A DNA stretch of 64,000 nt, from positions 13,702,001-13,766,000 of the forward strand of contig NC_088859.1 of NCBI RefSeq assembly GCF_963853765.1, in the 5' to 3' direction. Shown here one piece after another: positions 9,653-22,400 of this stretch. Below the pieces are notes generated by a model. That model was not told where the DNA came from, searched no databases, and was given only the letters and a program-made list of their open reading frames with translations. The DNA comes from Magallana gigas (taxonomy: Eukaryota). The first letter of the stretch is position 1; each line of letters starts with the position of its first letter. The position numbers and the translations under genes were made by a program.

Positions 9653-12322
9653 AGACCCCAACTGAAAAACATTTGTCAGGGTGGGGTAGGGTCATCAGGT
9701 ACAATTTATATCTTGTTTTATGTTTTAAAATTATATGGGGGAAGGATAAATTTGTTTTTCATTTTGCTGTGATCTATTTAAAACTTCAGACCATGATGCC
9801 AGAAAATCTTGGCAGGGTGGGGTAGGGGCATCACAATATGAGCTCTGTGTTTATAGTCAACAAATTGTTGTAAACAACCTTTTGTTGCATGCAGTGATGA
9901 TGAATTTTCCTCACTAGAGTACTCCATGCATGTGTGAAAAAAATGTTGAGTACATATGCACCTGTTTGATGTAGTGCTGGCTCCCAAATTGATCTCATTT
10001 GTCAGCCAGTTATCACACTCTGAACATTAAGTATGGCTCTTTCAAGTGCCTCTTTTTTTCCCCATCTTAATATACCTTCTTAACAACTTACAGCTGTTGA
10101 ATTCAATAGAACTTTTATCATCTGAAAATCCTTCTACCCCAACAGGCCGCAGTGTGGTATAGTGTCAGACAAACACAAACAGCAATAATTAACAACATGC
10201 TAGAATAAAGGATTACCACGGCTGAGGTGTTGAACATCTTTTATTTTTTTTATGCCTGCAGGTAATTTGGGACCATGTGAGGTAACCACAGTATAGTGTG
10301 GACCGCCGCGAGGCAGAGAGATTTCGTGGCTACCACCCATACAGAGTTGTACTTCAAGGTAGATCCGCATGCATGGTTTTATTTTTAGTTATGCAATGAA
10401 ACTCTTATTTTGAACAAGTTTAATGGATGATGCTTTCGGCTGTGTAGAGTTATTGGTGTTTTATCCTCCAGTGAATAGCTACTTTTATATAGATCTACCT
10501 TAAGGTGCCAATTAAATTACCCCGTACATGTACTAGCTATAGCGATTCTGTGGAGGGCTAGAGTAACAAATGAATTCAAGATCTTGTCAGTATTATTTTT
10601 ATTACATGAACTGGTAATTTTCTTGTCAAAGAGGTCTTTAAGAATTTATTTTTGTCATTGAAATCTTAGAATATCAAGGTTAGAAATTAATAATTCTTGA
10701 TGTTACAGTTAATGTACAATATTGTAGAACATTGTCAACATCTAAATTTGTTGGTCTGAATACATGCATGTTCTCAACAAATGATGAGGAAACTTAACAA
10801 GAGCAATTTTATCGAAAATCACTGGGTCTGTTGTTTAACAAGGGTGAGCACTTAAGCTGTTAAGAGAATGTTTAAGTTATAAGTTTTCAATACATTGATT
10901 GTTGTAGGAGCTAGTGTAAATTGCTCAAGTTTGATACAAAATTCTGCATATATGAAGACATGCATTCAATGTGCTTTGATCAGCCTGTTCAGTGTGAGAT
11001 GGTATGGTGTTCATCTTGCTGATTTATACACAAATTTATGCTGAGGTAATAAAATTTCAAATTTCAAACTTTGGAAACTGCACATTCGTTTTTGTGGTTG
11101 CAAATTTGATCATGCAAATCATGATTCTAAGAAATTTTTTTGAAGACATCTGAGTTTTCCTTGAAACTGTTAAATATTTATTTGCCAACATTTTTTTGTT
11201 GTTATTTGTCCTGTTTAATCACAAATGAATTCAAATTTAATACTAGGGTTCATGGAAGTGTCAGTTGAACTAGCTTCTAATGATCCCCAAGAACGTTAAA
11301 AAGAGATAAAATTTAACAGACTGGAACATCAGTATTTATTTCTTCTTGAAAATCAAGTTTTCGAGTTTGTCATTGCAAGCAGCGAAATAAAAGCGGGTAG
11401 GTGAGTTAAATTTCCATGCCCCCTCTTCATGTAGGGGGAATATATATTGTTTATAAGGTTGATCTGACCATCTTTGTAAATCTTTGAACTTTATAAAACA
11501 GACACTTAATGTATTAGTCAATTGAAGGTCAATGCTAGTATGTGGTCAAGTTAATAAGATCAAAGTGACTGTTTTGGAAACAAGTGTTCTAAACACTAAC
11601 GCTTCATGTTGTGGATTGAAAATTAAAAATTAAAAACGTAGTAGCCATTGTTATTGAAAATGGGGGGGGGGGGAACTCATCCAATAAATCTTGACCAAAA
11701 AAAAAAAAACAACGGCTAAGCTGGTATAAGTCACTGAGCTCAATGGTCTGTCATTTGTAAGACTATGACACTGATGTAACGTGGCTGCATTTTCAGCTTC
11801 AGGGATCAAAGACAAACGGGTATGTGTTTAAAAAGTCCATCTTTCTTATCTGTAACTTAAATCATGAACTCTTTAAAAGTGAAATTATTAAGTTGTAAAA
11901 AAGTTTCAGAAAGCATTTTTTGAAGGTCAAATCAAGGTCAAGGTCACAATATAATACCTAGTTCAGAAATCTATATTCCCTCTTTAATCCCTGTTACATA
12001 GGTATACGAGAGTATGAATTCCATTCTTGACTGAAAGGTATTATAAAACAGAGTTTTTAATAAAAGCATGATCACATTAATTATGACGTACTGCATGAAT
12101 TTTATAGCAAAAATTTAGTGTACACAGCAAAGAAATGTGATCTCTAACTATATTAGCTGTATTTCACTTTTTATAGGTTTCAAATTTTGATTACTCATGT
12201 AGAGATGCAGTGTGAACACTAACAGTAATTTAATTAAAAATAATTATTATTTTAAATTGGCACCATACAAGCATGTCATGCATCTGAGTACTTGTTAACA
12301 TGATCTGAAAATATTATAGATT

Positions 12323-12447
12323 GTAGCTTCGGAAGCAAATTGAATACTGAGTGTGTAAGGGGGGGGGGGGGGGGGGGGGGCTGGCTAAACTTATCAGACA
12401 TTAGAAATCTTGATACTTACCCCCCCCCCCCCCCTTCCAATGCCTAT
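12323..12447. mobile_element. Degenerate MITE with internal poly-G and poly-C arms
   Basis: gtagcttcggaag...G22...C15...ttccaatgcctat. Similar remnants occur at 11641-11712 and 46299-46389 (tagcatcg/cgatgcta and gagggggta/taccccctc inverted pairs). Confidence 0.5.
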
Positions 12448-15236
12448 GATAGATAGATATTCTACATTCTCTGGATTGAATTTTAACTCTCAAGCAAGTT
12501 TGGAAGATAAAAAAATCTGATAGAATGATATTGTCTAAGGCTATTTGTATTGTAGTTTATATAGTGGCACTCACTGTGTTTCTTCACCTGTTTACCAATT
12601 GTGGGTGTTAAGATTCATCATTTAATGGCTCCCCTCACGTAAAATGTGAATAAAGTAAGACATAAGTTTAATTCATCCATCACGTTTTTGGAAAACCTCA
12701 CCCCTTGGGTCAAATTGTGGGCCCATATCCAACTCTAGTGCATCTTGTGTAAATAAAAAGGGATCAAAAAGATACCTCTAACATTAAAAAAACCCGCAAA
12801 GCATCCAGAAGCTCAAAATGAGATGGATGAAGATGGGTGTGAATTAATCCCATTACATTTATTCTAGCTCTTTATTTCTCGCAAAGGAGCTGAACACTGT
12901 GTGTTTATACAGCACATGGTATCAAACACGGTCAAGATGTCAGATAGACCGCAAGGAATTTATTTGTTTACAGAAAAAACAATCTATAGACTGATGTGTT
13001 GATGTTTGGACACAGGTACGTGTTGTTGAAATTGTCAATATATAATGAAATGTGGAGTCACTTTTGGAGAGAGGTCTCTATAATTACCAAATGTAAATCA
13101 ATCATGAAAAATCGTTGAAATTATAGTAAACTGTGAAAAAGTCTTGTATGATCATTCATATATCAATAAGCTGTAATGAGTATAAAAGACTAAGCTGAAG
13201 TTATTTGTTTCAATTCCATCTTTTGTACATTGTACTTATTATAATTATTTGTTTAATGTTTGGGTTTAGTTTGAAAAATTGTGTAATATTTGCAAGTGGA
13301 AAGGGCCATGCACTTGTTTTGTGTTTAAGAATATAGCTATTGATATCATTCTTCCATCTTTATGTGGAGTTCTATGAATTCTATTTTATTTAATTTTTTT
13401 TTCAATATATGATAAATGTGATAAAGTCATGCCCATTTTGTATTAAATAGGTGTATCTTTAAGCCCTCAGCCAAACTATACTAGGGAAAGAAATTTGTTT
13501 TGCATTAATTTTTGGAAGATAGTATCTTCCCCAAGGATAATTTGATCCTGCAAATAGATTTTGTAGCAGAATTGTAGAATGGGTTTTTAATTCAATTTCT
13601 ACCCTTTTGATATGAATTGCTAGATATAATATTCATGGTGCCTGATAAGGCACGAAACCAGCAACGGTTAAGTTTGACATGTTTGGCGGGAAGAAAATCT
13701 GAGTCACTTGATGCTTGCATGATGTTTGCTGACTGCGTTCTTTTCTGTTTTTTTAATCTTAAAACCTGATTCTTAGGAGCAAAGCCTTCATTGATTTCTT
13801 TGTTTCTACCTTTTAAAAATCAATTAACTCACATTAATTACATAATTCTGCGACGTGATCTGTTTGATTATAGTCAAGAATGCCAGAACTGCCATAAAAC
13901 CGCTACAATAGCACGTATAACTGCTTCTACCCCAAAAACCTCATTTTTTTTCTCCCTTTCTCAAGATGAGAGAATATCACTCTGTTAAATTGATTTCCTG
14001 TGTTGAAAATTCTTCTTGTGAGGGGGAAAATCTATGAAGTGGTCGGACATCTTCCTTCACTCTGCCTGAACATTTGAGTACAAAAAATCTCACCAAAAAC
14101 AAACGTACTAATGATTCTTGACAGAAACTGAATGTCAGAGCTACACTTTGGAAGGAAAAGATGGATTATAAGGGGTATAAAGGACACTTTCATAACTCCA
14201 TCATTTATTCATGTGCTGGGGCTCTTTTTGTTAGCTTAAATGAATTTTAACCCCCTCCTCATATTTTTTGTTCATTATATAACTGTTGAACTAATTAGTA
14301 TAAGGAATATTTACTTTTAAAAAGAAGGAACAAGTTGTTAGTAAAACATTGGAGAAAAATCAAATGCATCACAAATATACACTTACTCTTCTATGCAAGT
14401 CTGTTTTGGAATATTTCTGTCAAGAGAGAGAAAAAAAATTGATTTGTAATAAATTCAGATTATGTCTTCCACACATTTGGTGCCATGGAGAGAAAAGAAA
14501 TAGTCCGAGATTGAGGCTACAATGAATGATTTAGTAGTCACAACTCACTCTCCCCCTTTCCCTGAATGATCTTACGAGAGTCTGAAGCAAAAAATATCCA
14601 TAGTGTATTGACTGGCTAAGAAACAGGCCACAGAAAGGTAATATTGAGTTTGTGGTCAAGAAATATTCAGAAATGTCCAATATAAAAAGATAGGGGCAAA
14701 AGTATCAGAGAGCAAGTTGGAGAGGGGAGTTGAGTGCATTTACCTTTCCCCGAGGATCCTTGTTAATGATATATATAAACACCTACCGGTACCTGCCAAA
14801 TCAACTGATGCAGCCATATGACTTTTTCTTGCATGCCCGATCATTTGTGAGAGATAAAAGCCATTTTTTTCAAAGAAATGAGCTCTGATTAGGCTTTTTT
14901 CACTATGGGAGAGGATGTTGGATGCTAATACCATATTTTTTTAAAGAGGAGGAATTACAAGTATATGATGGAGTATATATAAGATAAAAATATGCTAGTA
15001 TTGTGAAGGAGCACTTGTGTTTGTATGATTTGTTGAAGAGAGAAAGGATAAGAAAGTGGGAAGAGGTTAGTTATTTTTTTTAATTCCTCTGATTTTTTAA
15101 AGCTAATTTAAGAGATAAAAGATTTGAAAATTGATCATAACATCTGGGATGTTTTAAAACGAATTTAACAAGAACTGGGATATTTTAAATCTACTTTCAC
15201 CAGTGGTAAAATGTTTTATTAGTTTGGTTATTAGCA

Positions 15237-15428
15237 NNNNNNNNNNNNNNNNNNNNNNNNNNNNNNNNNNNNNNNNNNNNNNNNNNNNNNNNNNNNNNNN
15301 NNNNNNNNNNNNNNNNNNNNNNNNNNNNNNNNNNNNNNNNNNNNNNNNNNNNNNNNNNNNNNNNNNNNNNNNNNNNNNNNNNNNNNNNNNNNNNNNNNNN
15401 NNNNNNNNNNNNNNNNNNNNNNNNNNNN
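15237..15428. other. Assembly gap (192 N)
   Basis: Run of N. Confidence 1.
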
Positions 15429-16517
15429 ACTTGGGCTTCTGATTAATGGATGTGGGAATGTTCAGTGCCAGGTTTACCTGGGGTGGTCCTTTTGGACAAA
15501 CACTAGCTGCCTCTCTTTGATGTTTGTGACTTTTATGCGATGCACATGCAGCAGAGATTATCTAATGGAAAATCTTTTTCATAATTAACTGGAAATGAAT
15601 GTCAAATGTAATTTATGATTGTCTCTGGTTTACTTTTCATTGGTAATGGAATTTCTTTTCCCCCCATTTCACTGCAGTGGCAACTCACTCCGTGGAACCA
15701 TATGGCCTTTTTGCCCTTTCTTTCTTTTTTTTTTCCAGCAAGTTGATGTAATTAAACTCACAAACTCAAGCATAATTTCAGTCTTAATAAATTAATGCTG
15801 ATGATGAAAAGGGCCAGGTTTAATGGTTAATCCTGTGTACTAGTTTTACCTTACGCTCTGTCTGTCTGACTTAAGTGAGTCATGAAAAAACATCACAAGG
15901 CCAAAAAAAAAATTTAGGAATCTGTCTGAGCTATCGAATCTCAAACACAAGAAATGAATTTGTTTTAGAATTCTTGATTGATAAGGATCCAGGTCTTGGG
16001 CTTGTTGTTATGAACGAACCTCACCTCCATGCATACCTGCTACAGAGAAATTGATGTGTTGAGAGATGGATTCAACCTTCTGGAAGCTTAGGTGATATCT
16101 GAACTGGGAATTACTGCGGGAACAAGATGAATCTGTCTTCTGATAACACTTATTGCATTAGTTTACCTGGGATTCTGACAGCAGATTCTGGCTCACCTTG
16201 ATGCTTCAGATAGTGTTGCATGTAGACTTCCCATTAATTAAAACATTGCGGTGGCATAATTTGAGAGTTTTAGGGAAGTTCTAAGGAAGCTTTAATGGCT
16301 TTTTTATTAGTAGTAAATGAAATTTTAATGATTGCATTTAATATTGTTGCAGTGTTTCATTCATAAAAATTCTTCATTATATGTATTGAGTGTTTACAAA
16401 CAGCTCAGAGATGCAAATGAAGAAGTTATTGAAATAACATTTTGATTCTAATAGATAAACAATAACATGTGTAATTGGTACATCTACTGTAAAGAACTTG
16501 GGAGATAAATGAGTGTG

Positions 16518-16787
16518 TACTGTAAATTTCTTATTTTGCACATGCACTTAATTCCGCGATCCTGCCTTTTTGTAAAATACTCACTTCTGTACTTAACTAT
16601 GTTTAATTTGTATAAAAAAAGAATGAATGAATGTATAAAATCGCAAACATTGAGCTAAATTTATTTTAAATTTTTATAGTTCACAACTCTCAGAAAATAA
16701 TAGCGAGATTTTACAAATCTGCGAGGTGTGCTTCTCATGATTTTACGCGGATGTTAATTCCTCACGTTTAATTAGGAATCTACAATA
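16518..16787 (-). mobile_element. TA-flanked MITE (TACTGTAAATTC termini), same family as 60987-61222 and 61436-61655
   Basis: Imperfect TIRs tactgtaaatttctta / taggaatctacaata; the interior aligns in reverse to 61436-61655. Confidence 0.8.
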
Positions 16788-19369
16788 ATATAGAATATTC
16801 ACACTGTACGATAGTTCAGATGGGTAAAGGAAGCTTATATAAGATTTTATTTATTTCTGGCTTGATACAATATAAGGCTGTATCAGTTTGCTTGTGCTCA
16901 GTTGAAATGGCTAAATGCTTCCTGATCTAATGACATTGCGGATCAGTGGTCCAAGATAAAGTCTCTGCAAATTAAGGTCTGGATCATTTGGTTACTATAG
17001 AGTCGGTGGCCTGTTTGCTTGAGTTGAGATGTAGGACACTCGCTGCTTCTGAGTCTGATTATTTGGTGTCAAAGCCATATATACGACGTAGAAAAACCGC
17101 TTTGCTGTAGGTCATGTGTCAATTTTTTTATTGTCTAGATATTTTTTTTAAACAAAATGTAAATGAGATTTTTTATATTCTAAGGACATTATATATCCAT
17201 TAATGATCTACCAGGTGAAGCTCCTCAAACCAAATTTCTTCTTACAATCCATTTTCTATAGATGTAAAGATCAGGGCATCTCTTTGCATCATTAACAAGG
17301 AAATGAAGGACGTTTTTGTATGTTATGCAAGAGAGGAAGAAGAAGAAAAAAGAAAATATATTGCTGTCGAAGCTGCATGGCCTCCAAGAAGTTGCTGTTT
17401 TTTTATGCAATGTTTTATATAAAATTATGGAATAGTAATTATAAAGCAGACACCATATGCAGGTTTATTTCCATCGATATGTTACTTATATTTTGGCTTC
17501 TTCCTGGTGTAAAGGCAATTTTGACAAATTTTACTAGCTCTGCTGCTGTGTATATTTGGTCTTTCTTTCCAATATTACTGACAGTGGTTTACTGTTGAAT
17601 AATCTAAAGTATACTTTGATGCCTTAATAAGATGATATACAAATGACTGATATATTTTCTTATTATCAATTTGCAGCTACAAAAAGAGTAAGCAAGGGAG
17701 ACAAATCAGTATTGATAGTATCAGTAATTATGAATATGCAACATTACAGAGCCATTATAACTTGGTTACAGGTAACTGGCTCTTGAACTTGTGGATGGTC
17801 TGCGTCTGATGAATTATTTAATGTTATTGACTTTAGCTATACAGAATTTATTTCGATTAAGTGTACTGCCAAAGTCCTTTATTACTGATCTACATCACTT
17901 GTTAAGGGTAGCAAAATTTGCATTAATAGTATTTGCAGTGTGCAAGACAAGGTTTATTTCTGTCTGCAAGTACCGTTATCATTGGCTTCATCCAGAGTCA
18001 GATACATACTTTTGTTGAACTCATTCTGACGGGTCATGTTTATGTGATATGTATTATGATAAATCTCCAACACACAGCTATGAGTAACGCACTGTAACAT
18101 AGCTGAGTTGTAGTTATGCATGGATTGTCTTTGGATTTACATAACTTGCAGGTGGATTCATACACCCTGTATTTATACCAACTCTTTCCGTTAGTTATAT
18201 TGTACAGTATTTGAATATCTAACTTCAAATGTAGATAAACTGCATTTCATCTGCAGTTGAAACAATTTTCTAGAATACTATCAGTTTAACATTGGATGGA
18301 TTTCAAAGGCTGGCTATTTCAAATACAAGTATTTAAACTAACAAATTAATAACAGTCTTGTGAGTACAAAGAGCAACCTAAAGCTTTGTTAAACACAAAA
18401 CAAAATACATTAGCTATCTATCAGGGTGCAAGAGCGACTTGCAAATATATGAAGTTGAAATTGGTCATTTTGCATGTATGCTTTCCTGAATTCCTCTAAG
18501 GCTTGCATTACCATAAGAATATATCATGTATTAAACTCTACCATAACCCTTATTATGGAAACTAAACACAGAAAATCTTTCTATCTTGCAGGCATTGTCA
18601 TGTCTTACTGTTAAATTTAAGATCTATCTCCTGTATGTATGACAGTAGATTATTTGGTTAAGGTAAGATGTTTCTTCAGGGATGGTTTTCTACTTCCTGA
18701 TGGAGACTGCATGCTACCAGTATCGTCATTCTGCATTCAGCATTGAACACATATGCTTGAATATTTGCAGCCCTGGTTGCATCCAGTGACAACTGCTTTG
18801 GCCACTTGCTTCACCAACTGATTTAATGCCATAAGTTACACCCAAATTGTTTTGGTTCCAAAACATGACTATGTCTGTGAATGTTCTTTAATTTGGACAT
18901 ATTTACTGCAAAACTTGCATGTTTGAAAACTAAAATTGTGTCCTTTTTTTCTAATTAAACAAATGTCTTGAGTAGGTGTCATGATCATTTAGTCTTTGAT
19001 AAAGATTCCCCAGTTGTAATCTTTCTGAGAGATTTGCCTCAGAGGCTGAGGTGCCTAGGAATTGTCAGCATGACAAATCTGCAGATTGATTTTGTAACTG
19101 TTGTGATATATGCTGGAAGCATATGCACAAGACCCATCTGAATTCGACAGATTTGCCTTTTTTTCCCTTGTGTATTTTTCAGTACAATTGTTTTTCCACA
19201 TTAGTAGATATTCTGAGGAAAGGACAGAACCTTGTACAGGGTACTTGTAATAAATTGCAGTAAACTAGATTGAAAAGGATAAAATATTACTGTTTAAATA
19301 CAGTTTAGCTTATTGTTACCAATAAGTAAAATATCAGTAGGTAACACACTAAATTGATATTTCATTATT

Positions 19370-19371
<2 letters not shown>

Positions 19372-19413
<42 letters not shown>

Positions 19414-19424
19414 CTCTCTCTCTC
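19372..19424. repeat. Interrupted (TC)n microsatellite
   Basis: Read directly; explains the ERERER track ORF 19294..19569. Confidence 0.97.
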
Positions 19425-22400
19425 CTTTGATTACTTTCTTGTGATTCTCATTTGAACCCAAACAACTACAGCAATTAGCATGAATGTGAATCATAGTTCT
19501 CTTTTGGAAATTAAAATCACAGGACCATTCTTTTTGTTTGAAATACAATTTTGTTGGTGTATGAATCAAATCTTATGATTTTTTTAATCAATAGCAGATG
19601 TTGATCAAATGATTTAATTACATTAAGGCATTAGAGGGTTAATTGAGAAAATTGGATCCCCAAATCAAGGAGATGTAAAAAAAAATATTGAAGCATTTCA
19701 CCAAGGCACAGCCTATGGTTATGGCATGGGCCTTTGGGTAGTTTGTCAAACAGCAAATTGACATAGGCCTGTCTATTCCATTGTTGGCCATTTAGTCATT
19801 GGATCATAGAAGTTAACAATATTTGCCTGATTCTTATACATGTAAGTTGCTTTTCTGTATGCAGGACCAGGTTGATTTAGTTTTGCATGTAATATTTTGA
19901 ATGACAAATTTCAAGTGAAAATTTATGAGGCAAGCAATAGCCAATGGAGATTTCTGTCATACAAAACAATTTTAAGATAAAGAGTGAGATGTTGGCCATT
20001 TTATTAGAAACTGGACTTTATAAGAATAAATGAGGCGAGTTTTATGACTTGAATTCTAAAACACCCCCAGTCATTGCTAGCTCCCGAAGTAGATGCTTAA
20101 TTCAGACCAAGGTGACCTAAGAGATCTTATAAACACGTCCAAGAAAAGGACGTTCCATCAGTTGGACTCCGGAAATAATTGACTTGTGGGAACATCTGTT
20201 ATAGACTGCCGCTGGTATTGATCTCTACCGTCCCTAATTCAGTAAGGAGATCCATCTACCCATTTTCGGACTTTGCCAATAAACTTTTTCCTCTACATAT
20301 GTGACAAATGAATTTAGATGATTAAATGGAGTTGGTAAGGTGATGGTATTCACATTCAATTCATCTTGTTTTGAATGGATCTGTTGAGAAATGGGGGGGG
20401 GGGGGGGGGGGGGGGAGGCTACAGGAATTGGATGGATTCTTTGTTTATTGACATTCAAATTTCAGGAAATTCAGACTTATATATGTTGATATGTTTTATC
20501 ACACATTTTTTTCTTGAAGGTATAAGAAGTCAAGTTTCCTATCACTCAGAAAATTTTAATTTAACTTTGAGATATATATTTTGTTGTAGTGTAATTGCTA
20601 TTGTTATTGGACAAATATGGAGGGGGGGGGGGGGGGGCGCAAATCATTACTTGAAGGATTGAGGATTGTACTGGTATTTTAAACTTTGTTGTAAACTGTG
20701 GAGAAATTTCTACCCTACATCTTGGAAAAGATTGAATCTTGTCTTATCTGAAAAAAATGATGCACACTGTATACATACCGGATAAGCAATAAATGCAGTA
20801 ACAGTTTTTTGATAAAAGATGGATTGATTCTAATAACCCAATAAAAGGTTAAAGTTAAAGAATACCTACGGGTACCCTAAGCTTTGAATTTTCTTATTGG
20901 ATTAATTGTTAACATGTGGCCAATTGGGACAGCATCAAATTAGATTATTTCATTAACACAGAAGGCAAATGAGTAAAGGAAAAAAATTGTCACCCATTAA
21001 TCTTGATTAGGGCACAAAAATTGATTTAGCTTAATACTCCTCCCTGCAGCGGGCATAGTGCAAGGGAAAAAATGAGAGTTTATTCCTCTGAGTCAATGGT
21101 CTTATTTAATAGGCTTAATTAATTAAGTATCAATTTGATAAAACAATTTCAAGAGAAATTGGAGGAGGAAGTGGAGGGGGGGGGGGGGGGTTAACAGTTC
21201 AATTATTTGCAAAAAATCAGAGAATCAAGTGAAGCTGAATGTGCAAGCATTGCAAGCATGAGACATATTTAAATCTGTATAAAGCATTATCTTATTTGAT
21301 GCCAAACATAGTTATACTCAATTAGATCTTCCATGTAAAGTTTCTTTTTCTTTTTTTAAATGAGTGGGGGGGTGGGGGGTGGGGTTAACATGCTGCAAAG
21401 TATCTCTCAGTCAGCAAAACCAATTAGAATCTAAATATGGTATGTGGTTATCAACTGATCAGACATAATTGCTACAAAAGGTTACTTTTGCCCTTGTGAT
21501 GGAAAGATATTGCTTTTAAGGGGAGATAACCCTCATTATTGGGTTGTTTAACACCAATAAAATTCTAGATGTCTTTCCATTGATTGTGGAAATTCTTTTT
21601 TGGGAGGGCTGAACTTATTGATGAAGAATTAGAGCTAATTGACTTTTTCAGAATCCTAAGAGGAGAAGTTATTTATCGGTAGTTGGGCCACCTTTCCTTA
21701 TATTTATGAAGTGTCTTCACCATCACGTAGATTCATTCAGAGAAAAAAAAATTATGACATTGTAATTATGTCTGATTAAATCAGAGCACAAGTGTCATAT
21801 GACTGGAGGGCAGTTTCACAGTTCTGGTAGATTTGATAAGTTTCATGTGAATTTTTTATTAGTGGAATGCCTTTTGATTCAGAGTCACTTAGAGGTTGAC
21901 TGTAGGGTATAGATGTACACCGTGTCCGTTGAACGCAGACCGTCTTGTCACTTAACGCATTAACTTTTAACAGGGATTTTTCTTGCATTTTACAGAAACT
22001 GTGGGCAGAAGATTTATGCATATCATTGAATTCACCAAAACCTAAGGTAAGTCAAGAGTATTCATGTACCGATAAACATTTATTTTTCTCAATGTATGCA
22101 AGTGTATTTTTTGCTTTTTAGAATTTTGCAGCCATACTGGTGCACACAAATTTTGTTTTCTTGCTTGTATGCAAATAAGCTTAGTAATACATTTTCTTGG
22201 AGGGCACTTAAAATCATTGTAAACACGAGTAAACTGTTTTGTTCTTCTGCTGGCCTTGTGGTGATTCCTTCTGAGAAATATTTAATAGCTCTGTTTGTGT
22301 GACTATCATATTCGAGATAAGAGGATTGGTACAGAGCTTAGAATAGCTATCTGTCTGCACTAATGAGATAGCTCTATTGACTAAATTGTTACAATTCCTC

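Noticed and set aside
13638-13654. TAAGGCACG resembling the start of miR-124
   Set aside because: Only 9 nt match and the hairpin is just 6 bp (GTGCCT/AGGCAC); no precursor-length stem.
15203-15442. ORFs spanning N runs (also 54713-54917)
   Set aside because: Artefacts of assembly gaps.
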